DNA from: Octopus bimaculoides
Lineage: Eukaryota
NCBI RefSeq assembly: GCF_001194135.2
Contig: NC_068998.1
Coordinates: forward strand, 14,766,104 to 14,809,468
Direction of reading: 5' to 3'
DNA: 43,365 nucleotides
This document shows, one piece after another, positions 23,368-35,445 of the stretch; positions within the stretch are counted from its first letter, which is position 1, and every line of letters begins with the position of its first letter. Made by a program: the position numbers and the translations under genes. The notes under the pieces were generated by a model. It saw nothing but the letters and a program-made list of their open reading frames with translations, did no database searches and was not told where the DNA came from.

Positions 23368-24016
23368 GACTCTATTTATGTCTATCAGTCATTTCACCCT
23401 TATTCGTTCATTCCACTCTTCGTTCTTTCGTTCCGTCTCGCTCATATTTCCTTGACTTCTCTTCTTGTTCACTTTCCCTCCACTTTTCACTTCACTGTTT
23501 CCCAATCATTTTTCTCGCCCCTCCTTAATTCTTTTGTCCTTCTGCCTCTACCTCTCTCTCTCTCTTCTCTTCCCACGTGATCGGCGTTCGGCCAAGCCTG
23601 ACTTTCCTTCTTGGCTGGCAGTTGTGCGTGCAACATCGATATCCCTCTCTGTGCCTGTGAAATCTTGTCTCCCTATCGTAAGGCTTTATTTCCACACACG
23701 CAAGCTTAATTTAATTCGTCTTTAGTCGAATGACACCTGTTGTTATGTCCTGTTATTATTTTTATTGTATTTGTGTAACATTTTTAGTTTTGTTCCGTCC
23801 TTGTTTTTGTATACATTCGCTACTTTCCTCCAAGGAATCTGATGCTCCTGGCTCAGTTTTTCCTTGGGGCTGGCCAGATTGGAGCAATCTCGAGTATAAA
23901 CAGCCGAAATTGCAAAGATAATCTGGAACTCGACCGATGAAAGAAAACTCCCAATGACCTGTCCTTGTTTTCTTTGTATTGTCTGTCTGGATGTTTTGCG
24001 TTCTTGTCCCATTTTG

Positions 24017-24051
<35 letters not shown>

Positions 24052-24077
24052 GTGTTTGAGCATTTATAGAACACGGT

Positions 24078-24638
24078 AGAAGGTGATAAATGTTTTAAAA
24101 AGAATTTAATCCATGCATGCGATAATCGTTTCGGACGGTAATATTAACATGTAAATAACATGGTAAAGAAATTAGAAATTAATTTAATTATAATTAAATT
24201 AATTGCATATTACTGAGAGCGAAAAAGAATACATCAAAAAGAAAATACATCAGAAAAATATTATATTGTTACAGAAGACTAGACGGAGTGTGTGTCACAT
24301 AACATATTCGGATATATATAATATTCTTATGGAAGATAAAAATACACGCTAAGATAGTGTTGTTGAGTATCTTTCATAAGGATATAATGTATATCCGAAT
24401 ATGGTATGTGACACTTACTCTATCTAGTCTTCTGTACCAATATAATATTTTTCTGATGTATTTTTTTAATATATTCTTATTTTCGCAATGAGGAAAACAG
24501 TAATATGTAATTAATTTAATTATTATCATAATTAAATCAATTCCTAATATTTTTACCATGTAATTTACACGCTAATGTTACCGTTCGAAACGATCGTATG
24601 CATGGATTAAATTCTTTAAAAAACTTTTAACACCTTCT
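24078..24638. mobile_element. Foldback element / long MITE (two ~260-270-bp inverted arms, ~29-nt loop)
   Basis: 24078-24338 aligns with the reverse complement of 24368-24638 throughout (agaaggtg.taaa.gtttt..aaagaatttaatccatgca...cagaaaaatattatatt...tattc.gatat...). Confidence 0.9.
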
Positions 24639-24833
24639 TTTCTCAATCTTTAATTGTTTGTTGAGTTGCTATATGATATGCGTTCTATAAATGATTATAA
24701 CACACCTTATACTTGTAACATTTTGATATTCGAAAAATACAACAGTAAGCTACCAATGCAATATGAAGAATATTTGTTAGAAATCGACGTTTGGAAGCCC
24801 CGAAAGTAAAGGATGATATAGAACTCAACCTTT

Positions 24834-24837
<4 letters not shown>

Positions 24838-24889
<52 letters not shown>

Positions 24890-25055
24890 GCTTGTGTATG
24901 TATGGAAGTATGTATATATGTATGTATATATGTATATATATACACATGCTTGTGTATGTATGGAAGTATGTATATATGTATGTATATATGTATATATATA
25001 CACATGCTTGTGTATGTATGTATGTATGTATGTATGTATGTATGTATGTATGTAC
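24838..25055. repeat. (TA)n, 58-bp tandem unit x2.3 (starts 24887, 24945, 25003) and (ATGT)n
   Basis: Identical 58-bp units catgcttgtgtatgtatggaagtatg... Confidence 0.93.
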
Positions 25056-25399
25056 AGAAATAGAGATGTATGCATGTATATATGTATGGTATATGTTAAT
25101 TAGTCCGAGAGTTACGTGCGTGGCAACTATCTCATTCGCTCATATATATATGTATGTGTGTGTGTTTGTCTGTTTACATGTGCATGTGGGAGTGTATATT
25201 CATACGTGTGATGCGTTGTAGAGTGCAAACACGGTAAATCCTCATTTCTCAATCGTAAAAAACCACTTCAGGTCTCTATGCATTCCACAATTCCCCACTG
25301 GCTTCAATATTCATAATTCCTCTTGTCAATCACCCGTCTTTTACACCGATGCTAGTAAAACTAATGAGTTTTCAAAGGCATATTATTCTTTTATTTTTC

Positions 25400-25510
25400 T
25401 TTCTTACTCTCTCCGACCCCCTCTCGCTTTCTCTTACTCTTTCTCTCTTTCTCTTACTCTTTCTCTCTTTCTCTTACTCTTTCTCTCTTTCTCTCTTTCT
25501 CTCTCTAGCA
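25400..25510. repeat. CT-rich tract with a 20-bp unit x3
   Basis: ctcttactctttctctcttt repeated. Confidence 0.85.
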
Positions 25511-25581
25511 TTCTCTTCACTTTCACATACTAACATTCATAACGAACAATTATAAGCAGAATATATATATATGTATATATA

Positions 25582-25886
25582 NNNNNNNNNNNNNNNNNNN
25601 NNNNNNNNNNNNNNNNNNNNNNNNNNNNNNNNNNNNNNNNNNNNNNNNNNNNNNNNNNNNNNNNNNNNNNNNNNNNNNNNNNNNNNNNNNNNNNNNNNNN
25701 NNNNNNNNNNNNNNNNNNNNNNNNNNNNNNNNNNNNNNNNNNNNNNNNNNNNNNNNNNNNNNNNNNNNNNNNNNNNNNNNNNNNNNNNNNNNNNNNNNNN
25801 NNNNNNNNNNNNNNNNNNNNNNNNNNNNNNNNNNNNNNNNNNNNNNNNNNNNNNNNNNNNNNNNNNNNNNNNNNNNNNNNNNNNNN
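25582..25886. other. Assembly gap (305 N)
   Basis: Run of N. Confidence 1.
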
Positions 25887-25922
25887 TATATATATATATA
25901 TATATATATATTCACACGTGAA

Positions 25923-26244
25923 GGCGCATGGCTAAATGGTTAGGATGTTCGGCTCACGATCGTAGGGTCCCGAGTTCGATTCCCGGTAGTGCCTTGTGTC
26001 CTTGAGAAAGACAATTTATTTTAGGTGCTCCCGTTGGGTCGCAGAAGTGTGTAGTACCTGTATATCAGGTGGCCACCCTTGTTACTCTCTGAGTCACGCT
26101 GAATCTCTCTGAGAAGTATGTGAAGCGGTACGCGTATCTGTGGAGTGCTCACCCACTTGCACGTTGATCTCACGAGCAAGCTGTTCCGTTGAGCTGATGA
26201 ACTGGTACCTTCGTCGTCGTAAGCGACGAAGTGTCAGTTTTTTT
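25923..26244 (+). mobile_element. SINE family B, full length, tRNA-derived with intact Pol III boxes
   Basis: A box TGGCTAAATGG 25929-25939, B box GAGTTCGATTCCC 25972-25984, ttgtgtccttgagaaagaca after the head, 8-bp hairpin 26209-26231, T7 at 26238-26244; reverse homologue at 30430-30548. Confidence 0.85.
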
Positions 26245-27499
26245 AATGTATTCATCCACACATACATATACACGCAGTAACTCCCACCTTACACTCGCCG
26301 ACCCTTATACTTTTTCAGAAAATTTATTCCACATATTCGAAAATCTTATCACCTTTTCATGCACATAGTTTAACACCATCACATAAGAGTTACATACCAT
26401 CATGCTAAACTCCCAACTAACGAACACCGCTATTGGGCCACACTAGCAAACTTCTGTGAACCGACATGTATCACATGGAAATATGCACCACGCTCTATTA
26501 TGCACACTCTGAGATGTAAAAACATTCTGATATTTGAAGTAACAAATATCTCTTCATATCACCCTATACAGAACAGCATTCCCTATTTCTAAACTTTGCT
26601 TCCTGTCTTTACTGACTATTTGACCTTGTTGTTATTACTTTTCTTCCTATCTTTTACTCTGATGAATGACTAACATATGAAACGTTATGGTAGTCCTCAA
26701 TCAATGTCTATATTGAAGCGTTAAACTAACAGCATAACTACTTGACTTTGTTTTCCCTATATATACATATACTAATTCTCAATTCTCAATTATGTCAGCT
26801 TCGTTGTTTTGAATTTCAAAAGAAAAATTATTATTATGTGGGGCTACTTTTTTATGCTTCTTTAAATATAGAGAAAAGAAATAAATCACAGAGAAGTTGA
26901 AAACATAAAGAAAACAATGCAAGACAAAAATAAATGAAAAGTAATTATGAAAGATGACAAACTATAATCAATGCTTGTTTTATTTATAGCATTGCAATTT
27001 TTCCGTTTTTGATTTAAACGTACAAATTATTAGGGTTGTTCCATCTTCTTCTGCGCATCACTTTTGAAGGTTTTTGATAAAAATCAGCAATTTCATATTA
27101 ATTTGAATGTGTACAATTACATATGGTTCAGAGTGGCAATAAATAAACATTAACTAAATAGCTTGTTATAAAATATGTAGTCAAATTTCCATCTCAAAAC
27201 TCATGTCTTTTACGCCGGAGTCCATTCATAATTAATTCTATTGTTTCTATCGTTAGCCTTCAATTGCCATAACGGTGGTTCAACATAATGTAGGAATTTC
27301 TTTGATTCAACTACGTGATTGTATGATTGTGAAAAAAATCTCTTAAAAGCTGTAATTAAGGGGAGCATTGTAGGATAGAGGGAGAGAATTATCGGTTAAG
27401 TTCGCATCATATGTAAAGTTAAAAACCGATCATTTTTCTCGTAAAAAGTATCATTCTATAACACTGAAGACAGCATTGAAATTATTTAAATTATATACG

Positions 27500-27512
27500 A
27501 GCATGCACGCAC

Positions 27513-27543
<31 letters not shown>

Positions 27544-27596
27544 GCACGCATGATACTTGCATGTACATTTACATGTTTATATAGACATATATGCAC

Positions 27597-27644
<48 letters not shown>

Positions 27645-28020
27645 AATATGCAAACACATAAATATTCATATGTATATATATTATATATATATATATATAT
27701 TTATATTTATACATATATATATATATGTATAAATATATATGCATGTACATATATATGTATAAATATATATATTTATATGTATGCATATATATATGTATAT
27801 ATAAATATGTATATGTAAATATATATGTGTGTGTGTGCGAGTGTGTATGCGTGTGCATAAACACATACGTGGATATGCGCAGACATACACACATACAGAC
27901 ATATGCATATATATTTATATATATATATATATATATATATGTCCATATGAAAACGCACATATATGCCTATTTTATGTATGTGTGTTTGTGTAAGTCTCTC
28001 TGTGTGTGTGTATAAATGGG
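27500..28020. repeat. Long compound (TA)n/(GT)n/(CA)n tract
   Basis: Direct reading. Confidence 0.95.
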
Positions 28021-29009
28021 GAACATATATTTTCCCTGTTTACATACACATGCACACATACACACTCATGTTATAACATAACATCTCTATTATGCAACAT
28101 TACAATATCTCTTTTTTTTTAATATATCATATTAAAAACACGAGTATTTTTGAAATTTAAGCTTTATTATTAACGATGTTTCAAATTTCCTTATTTCTTT
28201 ATATTTTATATCTGTGGATTTAAATCCATTAGACCGTCTTTCCACGACCTTCAGAATCTCATTTTCAAATTAAAGCGTTATAATGGCCTGCAGCCTGCGA
28301 GTTCTGAGGTAAATCAAATATGGTTTCATAAATAATTTTATATCAGCTTAGATGCGACAAATTAATAAATGACAACTGTCAAAATTATTTAAGCACTGTT
28401 TATTGATAACAAAATAACTGTCTGTAAAAATATTATCATTTGAAAAAACATTAATTAGAATATTGTCATTTGACTATAGCACTGTTGATTGTTGCAGACT
28501 TCTCGAGATTTAAATATGATGTATTTTTAAACTTTATTCTTAAACAACATTGTTATTTATGACTCTTCAAGTAGAATTGTAATCCGCTTAAATTCAAAGC
28601 AAATTTGGTGATAAAATATTTTTTCACTTCTTTCCGTTATTGTGGGACTCCCAGTGAACATTTATATGTAATATTCCTGTAATTTTTTAACTTCAATAAA
28701 TGAGATTTTCCTTAGCTTTGGTTGTGCTATTTGTCGTTCATTTGTTCTGACGTATAAAAAATTAGCGGTCTCACAGATTTAGTTTTCAATTGACAGGTTA
28801 TGCGTTATATCAAATATTCTACCTTTCTCTTCACGTCAGCATTAGTTTCAAGGATTTGTGAATTTTATCTCTGTACTAGGTTACAAACAGGTAGAGTTAT
28901 CTGTACTTCATGACTTATACTCGCTAATTACGTTTTGACGGCAAATTTGAAATTATTTTCTTGTACGAATTTGCTGTTAGAAAGACTTCATTGTTTAATG
29001 TTCATTGGT

Positions 29010-29340
29010 CTTAGTTCTTTCTTTGATTAGATATATCCTTTTGTTCCCCTTTCCGGTAGGATGGGTAGACTTGCCTTAATGGTAGCATATATTTTCTACA
29101 TTCCTTATATCATGAATGTTTAAAAACCAAAAGATATAATTATCAATATTTCTCAAGAAGTCTTGTGTTATGTTACGGCTAGTTTCTTTGCCATTTTATT
29201 CCTGACAGCCTTTAAATTCATTGACTAGTTCCACCTATATATTTTCTATTTGGCTAGGCAACCTGAAATGTTCTGCTTAATGTGTAATAAGCAACATAAT
29301 CAGAAAATCAAATGGTGATGTGGATCCGTCTTTTTTGTTG
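29010..29340 (-). mobile_element. Possible decayed Penelope-like GIY-YIG fragment
   Basis: Minus strand KYIGGTS-(frameshift)-NEFK and later PSYRKGNK; weak. Confidence 0.35.
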
Positions 29341-30429
29341 AATTTTTCTCTTACAATCTCGATGTTACATAGTTTTACGTGGACATCAAAGAAGGCAATT
29401 ATTTTTCAGTTGCCTCTATTGTGAATCTAATTTAGAATGTTATTAAATACTTGAAGTTCATTTGTTTGATAAGTTCCATAACTTAAAAAAATAGTCGTCC
29501 AGAAAACACACACTCACACACTCACTCACACACACATAAGTATGTATGTGTGTGTATGTATAAATATACATATGCACATAGACATATCTGTGAATATGTG
29601 AGAGTACGCTTATATATGCCTGACTTTCTTATCTCTAATTATCTACTTTGGTAATCAGGTTGGTGCAATATTTACATTGTATCATAGAAATTAGGCGTCC
29701 TCATCAGGACCAGAATATACTTTAGACTTCATCAATAACTGACATTTTACTGAATTCTGTAAGTTTAGCAAAACCTGTTAAAACCAACAGATCACTTGGT
29801 CAAAGTTACATTTTTCCTTCACATACTCCCTTTTCGTTTTTGCTACATTGACTTTTAATATTGAGAACTATTTATTTCTGTATCAATACTTTGATTCAGC
29901 ATATAGATTCCACAATTTCTTACCAATTCTCTTCCTTCCCAGACTAGTACGTTTCATTTCGCAAGTTGACGCATACTTAAATGTCATGAAACTAAACATC
30001 TACCTCTTAGACTTCTTCATCTGCGATACTCTACTAATTAATGAGGACATTTCGTGAGAACCGTTATTCTCATTTCCACTCTCGTTTCAGAAAGTTGCTT
30101 ATGCGAGCTGTAAAATTGCCTGCTATTCTGTACATTGTCACCTCAAAGAAGGCTGCAGTTACGTAAATCATGTTTGGTCGTTTAGCTACATCCGATGAGT
30201 CATTATTTATTTCTTGTGATAATATCTACATAAAACTACATCAAGATTAGGTTGAATAATGATGGAACCGTATGACAAGATTCTACTATTCAAAATAATC
30301 CAAGCACTCCAATGTCGAATACATTTTTCTGTTTGCTACCTATCTAGAAGGACTTACAAAACACCCATGCATACCATCCTACCCTCTCTACATCACTGAT
30401 GTTATCCAATGGAAAGTCAAAGGCCGATG

Positions 30430-30548
30430 CGGCGTGACGCCAACGTGAAATAAAGTGTCTTGCTCAAGAACACAACACACAACCCAGTCCAAGAATAGAT
30501 TTCGCTACCTCGTGATTGTTAGCTAGACACTCTAACCACTGAGGCAAC
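30430..30548 (-). mobile_element. SINE family B, 5' part, decayed
   Basis: Minus strand gcctcagtggttagagtgtc...ttgtgttcttgagcaagacactttatttcacg. Confidence 0.75.
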
Positions 30549-31635
30549 AATATATGTCTAATTGAAACAGTAACCGGACATTTGTTTTTTGCTGGATAGA
30601 AACTTGAGATTGTTACACTTCTGGGTCAGAAGAGATTTTGAACAAGTAACTGCATTTTTTAAGAAAGCTCTAAGTACGTCTTCATGGTATATATTTAACT
30701 ACAATGAAATTCGGAAATGAAAGATATATGATTCCCAAATTTTTTCCTGCGTAAAATGCTCATTAACGACACGGTATGATGGAAAGTAGGAAATTCAAAA
30801 CGCTCGCCTTTCTATCTGGACCGGCGCATTAGAACACTTCAGATGGATTCACTGTTCTTCACTATTGTTATAACATGAAGTCTCAAATCAAAACAAATTA
30901 GAATCTATGGAAGTTGTTCTCGTGCTTGATAGTAATACAATTAAAACAGTAATACAATTAACACAATTAATGAAGTACGAAATATAACTGTGAGATGATA
31001 TTTCGAATAGTCACTCTTTTTTACATTGTTGAACATAATTCCCAGAATTTCAATAACATTTCTCATTTTTACTAAGAAATGCCCTCCAGGTAACGCTAGA
31101 AAGCAGCTTTCATTACGCCATAAAAGTTAATGACAGCACATTTTCCTCTGATTCAGAAAGAAATATTCATCTCACTACCTGTTTTGGAACGCAAAACCTG
31201 ATTTGTTTTCAACTTGAAACCTTGTCTGTCTGAGCAATTGACTCTACATAAAATTACGTTCTGCTACATGGTTCCTGTCGATAATATATTTGGTCTACAT
31301 TTATTGTCCTTTGTATGTCATGTTATATATATCATAACAGCGTCGTTTTCAGAATATTTCAGACTTCCTTTTACAATATTCACTCTTAATATCGTGGTCT
31401 GTTTGGCAGAAAACAAAGACACCAGTCGATTGAAGCGAATGTCAACGTCCATGTAAATAATTGAATATGTGAAGGGTGTTTCATGAACCAGAACTAGATG
31501 GTTGAGTTAACTGTCATAATGTTTCCATGTCCATTGCCCGAAACAAGAGTAAAGAAAATATCCATTTAATTTCTACAATCATACGTAAAAGCATAAAACC
31601 ACGTACGCTTCATATCACATATAATCATAAACGTA

Positions 31636-31638
<3 letters not shown>

Positions 31639-31694
<56 letters not shown>

Positions 31695-31940
31695 CAAAAC
31701 AGGTTTATATAAATACTACTGAACATAGACAGGAATATAGAGGCGTATACACACTTACACACATGCAGACTCATATATAAACATACATATATAAACATCA
31801 ACAGATATGCACATTTGAAGCTTAGAGTACACTCGCGCACTCACGCACACACACAGACACACGCGCATGCGCGCACACACACTCACACTCAGCATGTACA
31901 CACACACACTCAACATGTACACACACACATATTCGCACAC
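31639..31940. repeat. (AC)n (31639-31691) and degenerate CA/CG tract
   Basis: Direct reading. Confidence 0.93.
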
Positions 31941-32062
31941 ACGTAATTCTTTTTTGAAATATACGCCGTAACATAATATATCATAATATATTTCTCCTAT
32001 ATTACATTTACATATACATATATCTCACTATGTATAAAGTTTAATATATTCAACATAAAAAT

Positions 32063-32272
32063 CGCCGAGAAAGCAGAAATATTAACACGCCGAGCAAAAT
32101 ACTTTGCGGCATTTCGTCCGTCTTTTCACTTTGAGTTCAAATTCCGCCGACTTTGCCTTTCATCCCCTCGGGGTTGATAAAACAGGTACCAATTGAGCAC
32201 TGGAGTCTATGTACTGGAACTTATCCCCTTCCGCGAACTTATTCGCATTGTGCTGTAACTTGAAACTAATAT
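32063..32272 (+). mobile_element. SINE family A
   Basis: gcggcatttcgtccgtcttt...gagttcaaattccgccgactttgcctttcatcc. Confidence 0.88.
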
Positions 32273-32300
32273 ATTCAACATGCATACCTACCAACACGCG

Positions 32301-32334
<34 letters not shown>

Positions 32335-33200
32335 TGCATATATCCATATATATGTATGTGCACGCTGTAGAACTAACACCTTGAGTGTGAACGCGCGAGC
32401 TGCTTGCGAGTGCAGGAGCGAGAATTTGTGTTTACGAATTTATGCATAAATATTTACGTTATGTATACATAAATACGTGCATACATGTATGTGTGTGTGC
32501 ATGTACGTGTGTGTAATGTGTGTGTACGTGTGTGTGTGTGTTTGTGTATGTGTGTGTGTGTAGATACATGCACACGCACGTTTGTGTGGATGTATATGCC
32601 TCCTGGTTATGCGTATAGCTGTATGCGTAATTACTTGATTATTTCATTGTCTCCGTACTTGGTTTCCCTCGACATCATGTATATGACGCCATGATAACGA
32701 ACTACCTTAAAACCGTGAGGTATAAGTTAAAAATCATATTTTTACAGTTGTATTGTTTTTCCGATCTCATGGAATAATTTTAAAATAACTTGAGGATCTT
32801 AAGTTTAAAAATAATCAGAATGTTCGTCAACTGCAATGAATGCCAGCTAATTCCATTCTTAATACCAAGAATGCGTCTCTTTGCAACTGAATAATATTTA
32901 ATGATGATCATACTGAGTTAGTAAAACTGAGACAGGTCAAATAGCATAAATGGGTAATTTTTATCTGTACGAAAAGCACTTTGAGTTTCGGTGATTATAG
33001 AGATGTTTCCTGAAAATATTACAGGATTTGCTTTCTGTAGATAGTTCAAGTCCCATATAGTTTGCACTGCATTCAACCAATCACAATGAGGCTTGCCAAG
33101 AAAAGGCTCCTCCCACCAAAAACACAATAAACAAAACGAAAAACTCATGCATTTTATTAAAAAATATTATTCTCCATTTCTACGTAATGCTGGTATACGT

Positions 33201-33205
<5 letters not shown>

Positions 33206-33288
<83 letters not shown>
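33206..33288. repeat. (TG)n microsatellite
   Basis: Direct reading. Confidence 0.97.
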
Positions 33289-33290
<2 letters not shown>

Positions 33291-33770
33291 CACGCACAAA
33301 ATCTCTGATAGCAAACTTTGCTTCATTTACTGTCTTATTAAAATTCGGGTGGAGTGGACAGGCCGTAGAAATTGGTCACACTATTTTTGTAAGGATTCCA
33401 CGACAAACTAAACTTTGAAACTGCTGCATTAATGGAAGTATCTGACATGTCTAGCCGATATACTAAAAGCCAAATACATTCATATGCATACAGTATATAT
33501 ATTAGATATGTGTACATACACACACACACACACACATGGGCTTTAGTTACTGTTATAAGTAATCATTAATTCATAGTGACATTAAATTCTAAAAGCTGAA
33601 GACGGTAATTTGAAGCTATTGAACGGTATTACATGCAATATTCTCATTACTATATTTAGTATTGAAAGATAAAATAGATAACTGGACATTAAAATATCCT
33701 TGCTATTGAAAATCTGGATGCACGAGCACGTAGGCATGATAAAATCTGAAACGTTTGGGTCAAATATTCT

Positions 33771-33902
33771 TTTCTACTCTAAACACAAAGCCCGAAATTT
33801 TGGGGGAGGAGACCGGTCGATTAGATCGATCCCAGTATGCAACTGGGACTTAATTTATCGACCCTGAAAGGATGAAGGGCAAAGTCGACCTCGATGGAAT
33901 TT
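33771..33902 (-). mobile_element. SINE family A, 3' half
   Basis: tttatcgaccctgaaaggatgaagggcaaagtcgacctcgatggaattt. Confidence 0.85.
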
Positions 33903-35107
33903 TGGGTCAAATATTGAAGTATATATATACAGTACTCTTAAAAATGATTAATAAGATATAGTTATATTAACCCAGGTAGTTCTCATGTGAATACCTAATG
34001 CCAACTATTGTTGTGATTCACTTTTTTAGCATGTAGGGCAGCCTACGTATATCATACATTTCAGGATGAGATACTTGATGTTAACCGAAAATATTTCCCT
34101 ACGTATATCATGGAACGCTGATTTTTTCCCTGGAACCCACTTTGAGAAACATTATATTCATGGACTCTTAGGGGAATAATAGGTAAAAATTGACTAGATG
34201 AATGTTGCTAATTTTATATTGTAGATGCAGTGTAAGTTTTTACATAGTACAATCCATGTTTCTGTGGCGAGGAACATTCTGTCTCAGAGAATTCAGTGCA
34301 CAGTTGATGTTTATTTACGTTATTTACATATCGGCCGTCGAAGAAAGAACTCAAATGGGGTATGATTTTAAGTCAAAGGTTACAATTCCGCAACTAAATA
34401 CCGTAAATCCTGTATAGGTAATAGAGGCAGTATTAAATTAAAATAGCTATCTATGTATTATAATCAATGTTTATACACCATTTATACGCCAGTTATTGAA
34501 ACATTCAGCTGAAGCTCAAAAAGGTCGAAATACATTTCATGTTCTCACTGGTCACTGCTTGGAATACTTTTTCCTTCTCCCTGATAATTATTGTGTTCTT
34601 AAAACAGTACGTAATTAAGAGATAATATCTCAGGAGAAATACCACAGTAACTGGCTTATGTACAGTGTATATGCATTAACCATGATGCATAGATGGCTAT
34701 ATTACATACTGTAAAATATTCCGTAGGACTCTAAAGAAACCTTCAATCAATTTGCTTTTCTATTGATATATTATTACTGGGCATCAGTTCACCGACCTAA
34801 TACTTCTTCACCATTAACCTATCTCTTCTCCTTAAACCAGTTATAATATTTATTTATTTATTTATTTATTTAGCGTTAAATGTTTTACTAAATCCATGTC
34901 ACTAACACCATGCAATGATTTCACACAATCTTCTATACTTTAAAAAATGTAATGTCAGCAACAGCAAATAGCTATTTATAACGACAAAAATAATCCTATC
35001 CCAACAAAATCCTATATAATTCTTTTAGGTTAGTTAGTTGTTTGAAATTATGGAATATCGGATTAAACTCATAATATTTACTTTTGATATTTTTAGCTCT
35101 GGACGTT

Positions 35108-35445
35108 GGCGAGCTGGGAGAACCGTTAGCGGCATTTCGTTCATCTTTACGTTTTGAGTTCAAATTTCACCGAGGTCCACTTTGTTGTTCATTCTTTCGA
35201 GGTCAATAAAATAAGTATCAGTTCATTCAATACTGGGGTCAATGTAATCGACTTATCCGAAGTTGCTGGCCTTCTACCAAAATTTGAAAAAATAATTTTA
35301 GTTCTGGAAGGTGGTGAACTAGCAGAATCATTAGCAAACCGGGAAAAATGGTTAGTGGCATTTCGTCCGTCTTTACATTCTGAATTCAAATTCTGCTGAG
35401 GTCCACTTTGCTTTTCGTTTTTTTTCCGTACCAGTTGAGTACCAA
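35108..35445 (+). mobile_element. Two head-to-tail SINE family A copies (35108-35295, 35309-35445)
   Basis: Both contain ggcatttcgt.c.tctttac.tt.tga.ttcaaatt....gaggtccactttg. Confidence 0.88.

Noticed and set aside
25923-25995. tRNA gene
   Set aside because: A and B boxes are present but there is no acceptor stem or cloverleaf, and it continues into a SINE body; the same applies to family A heads.
26209-26244. Rho-independent terminator
   Set aside because: Hairpin plus T-run, but the DNA is eukaryotic; better explained as a SINE 3' end or Pol III terminator.
28215-28250. SVDLNPLD, resembling the Tc1/mariner SPDLNPLD motif
   Set aside because: Isolated 8-residue match with no supporting flanking motifs or TIR.
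29690-29715. Minus-strand CTGATGAGGacgCC as a hammerhead half
   Set aside because: No GAAA or cleavage-site strand follows.
32918-33148. 76-aa minus-strand ORF with complex composition
   Set aside because: No family motif recognised and no convincing splice pair; length expected by chance.
33965-34152. Third hAT MITE (ends ...ccactttgagaaacatt)
   Set aside because: Only one convincing TIR and no TSD.
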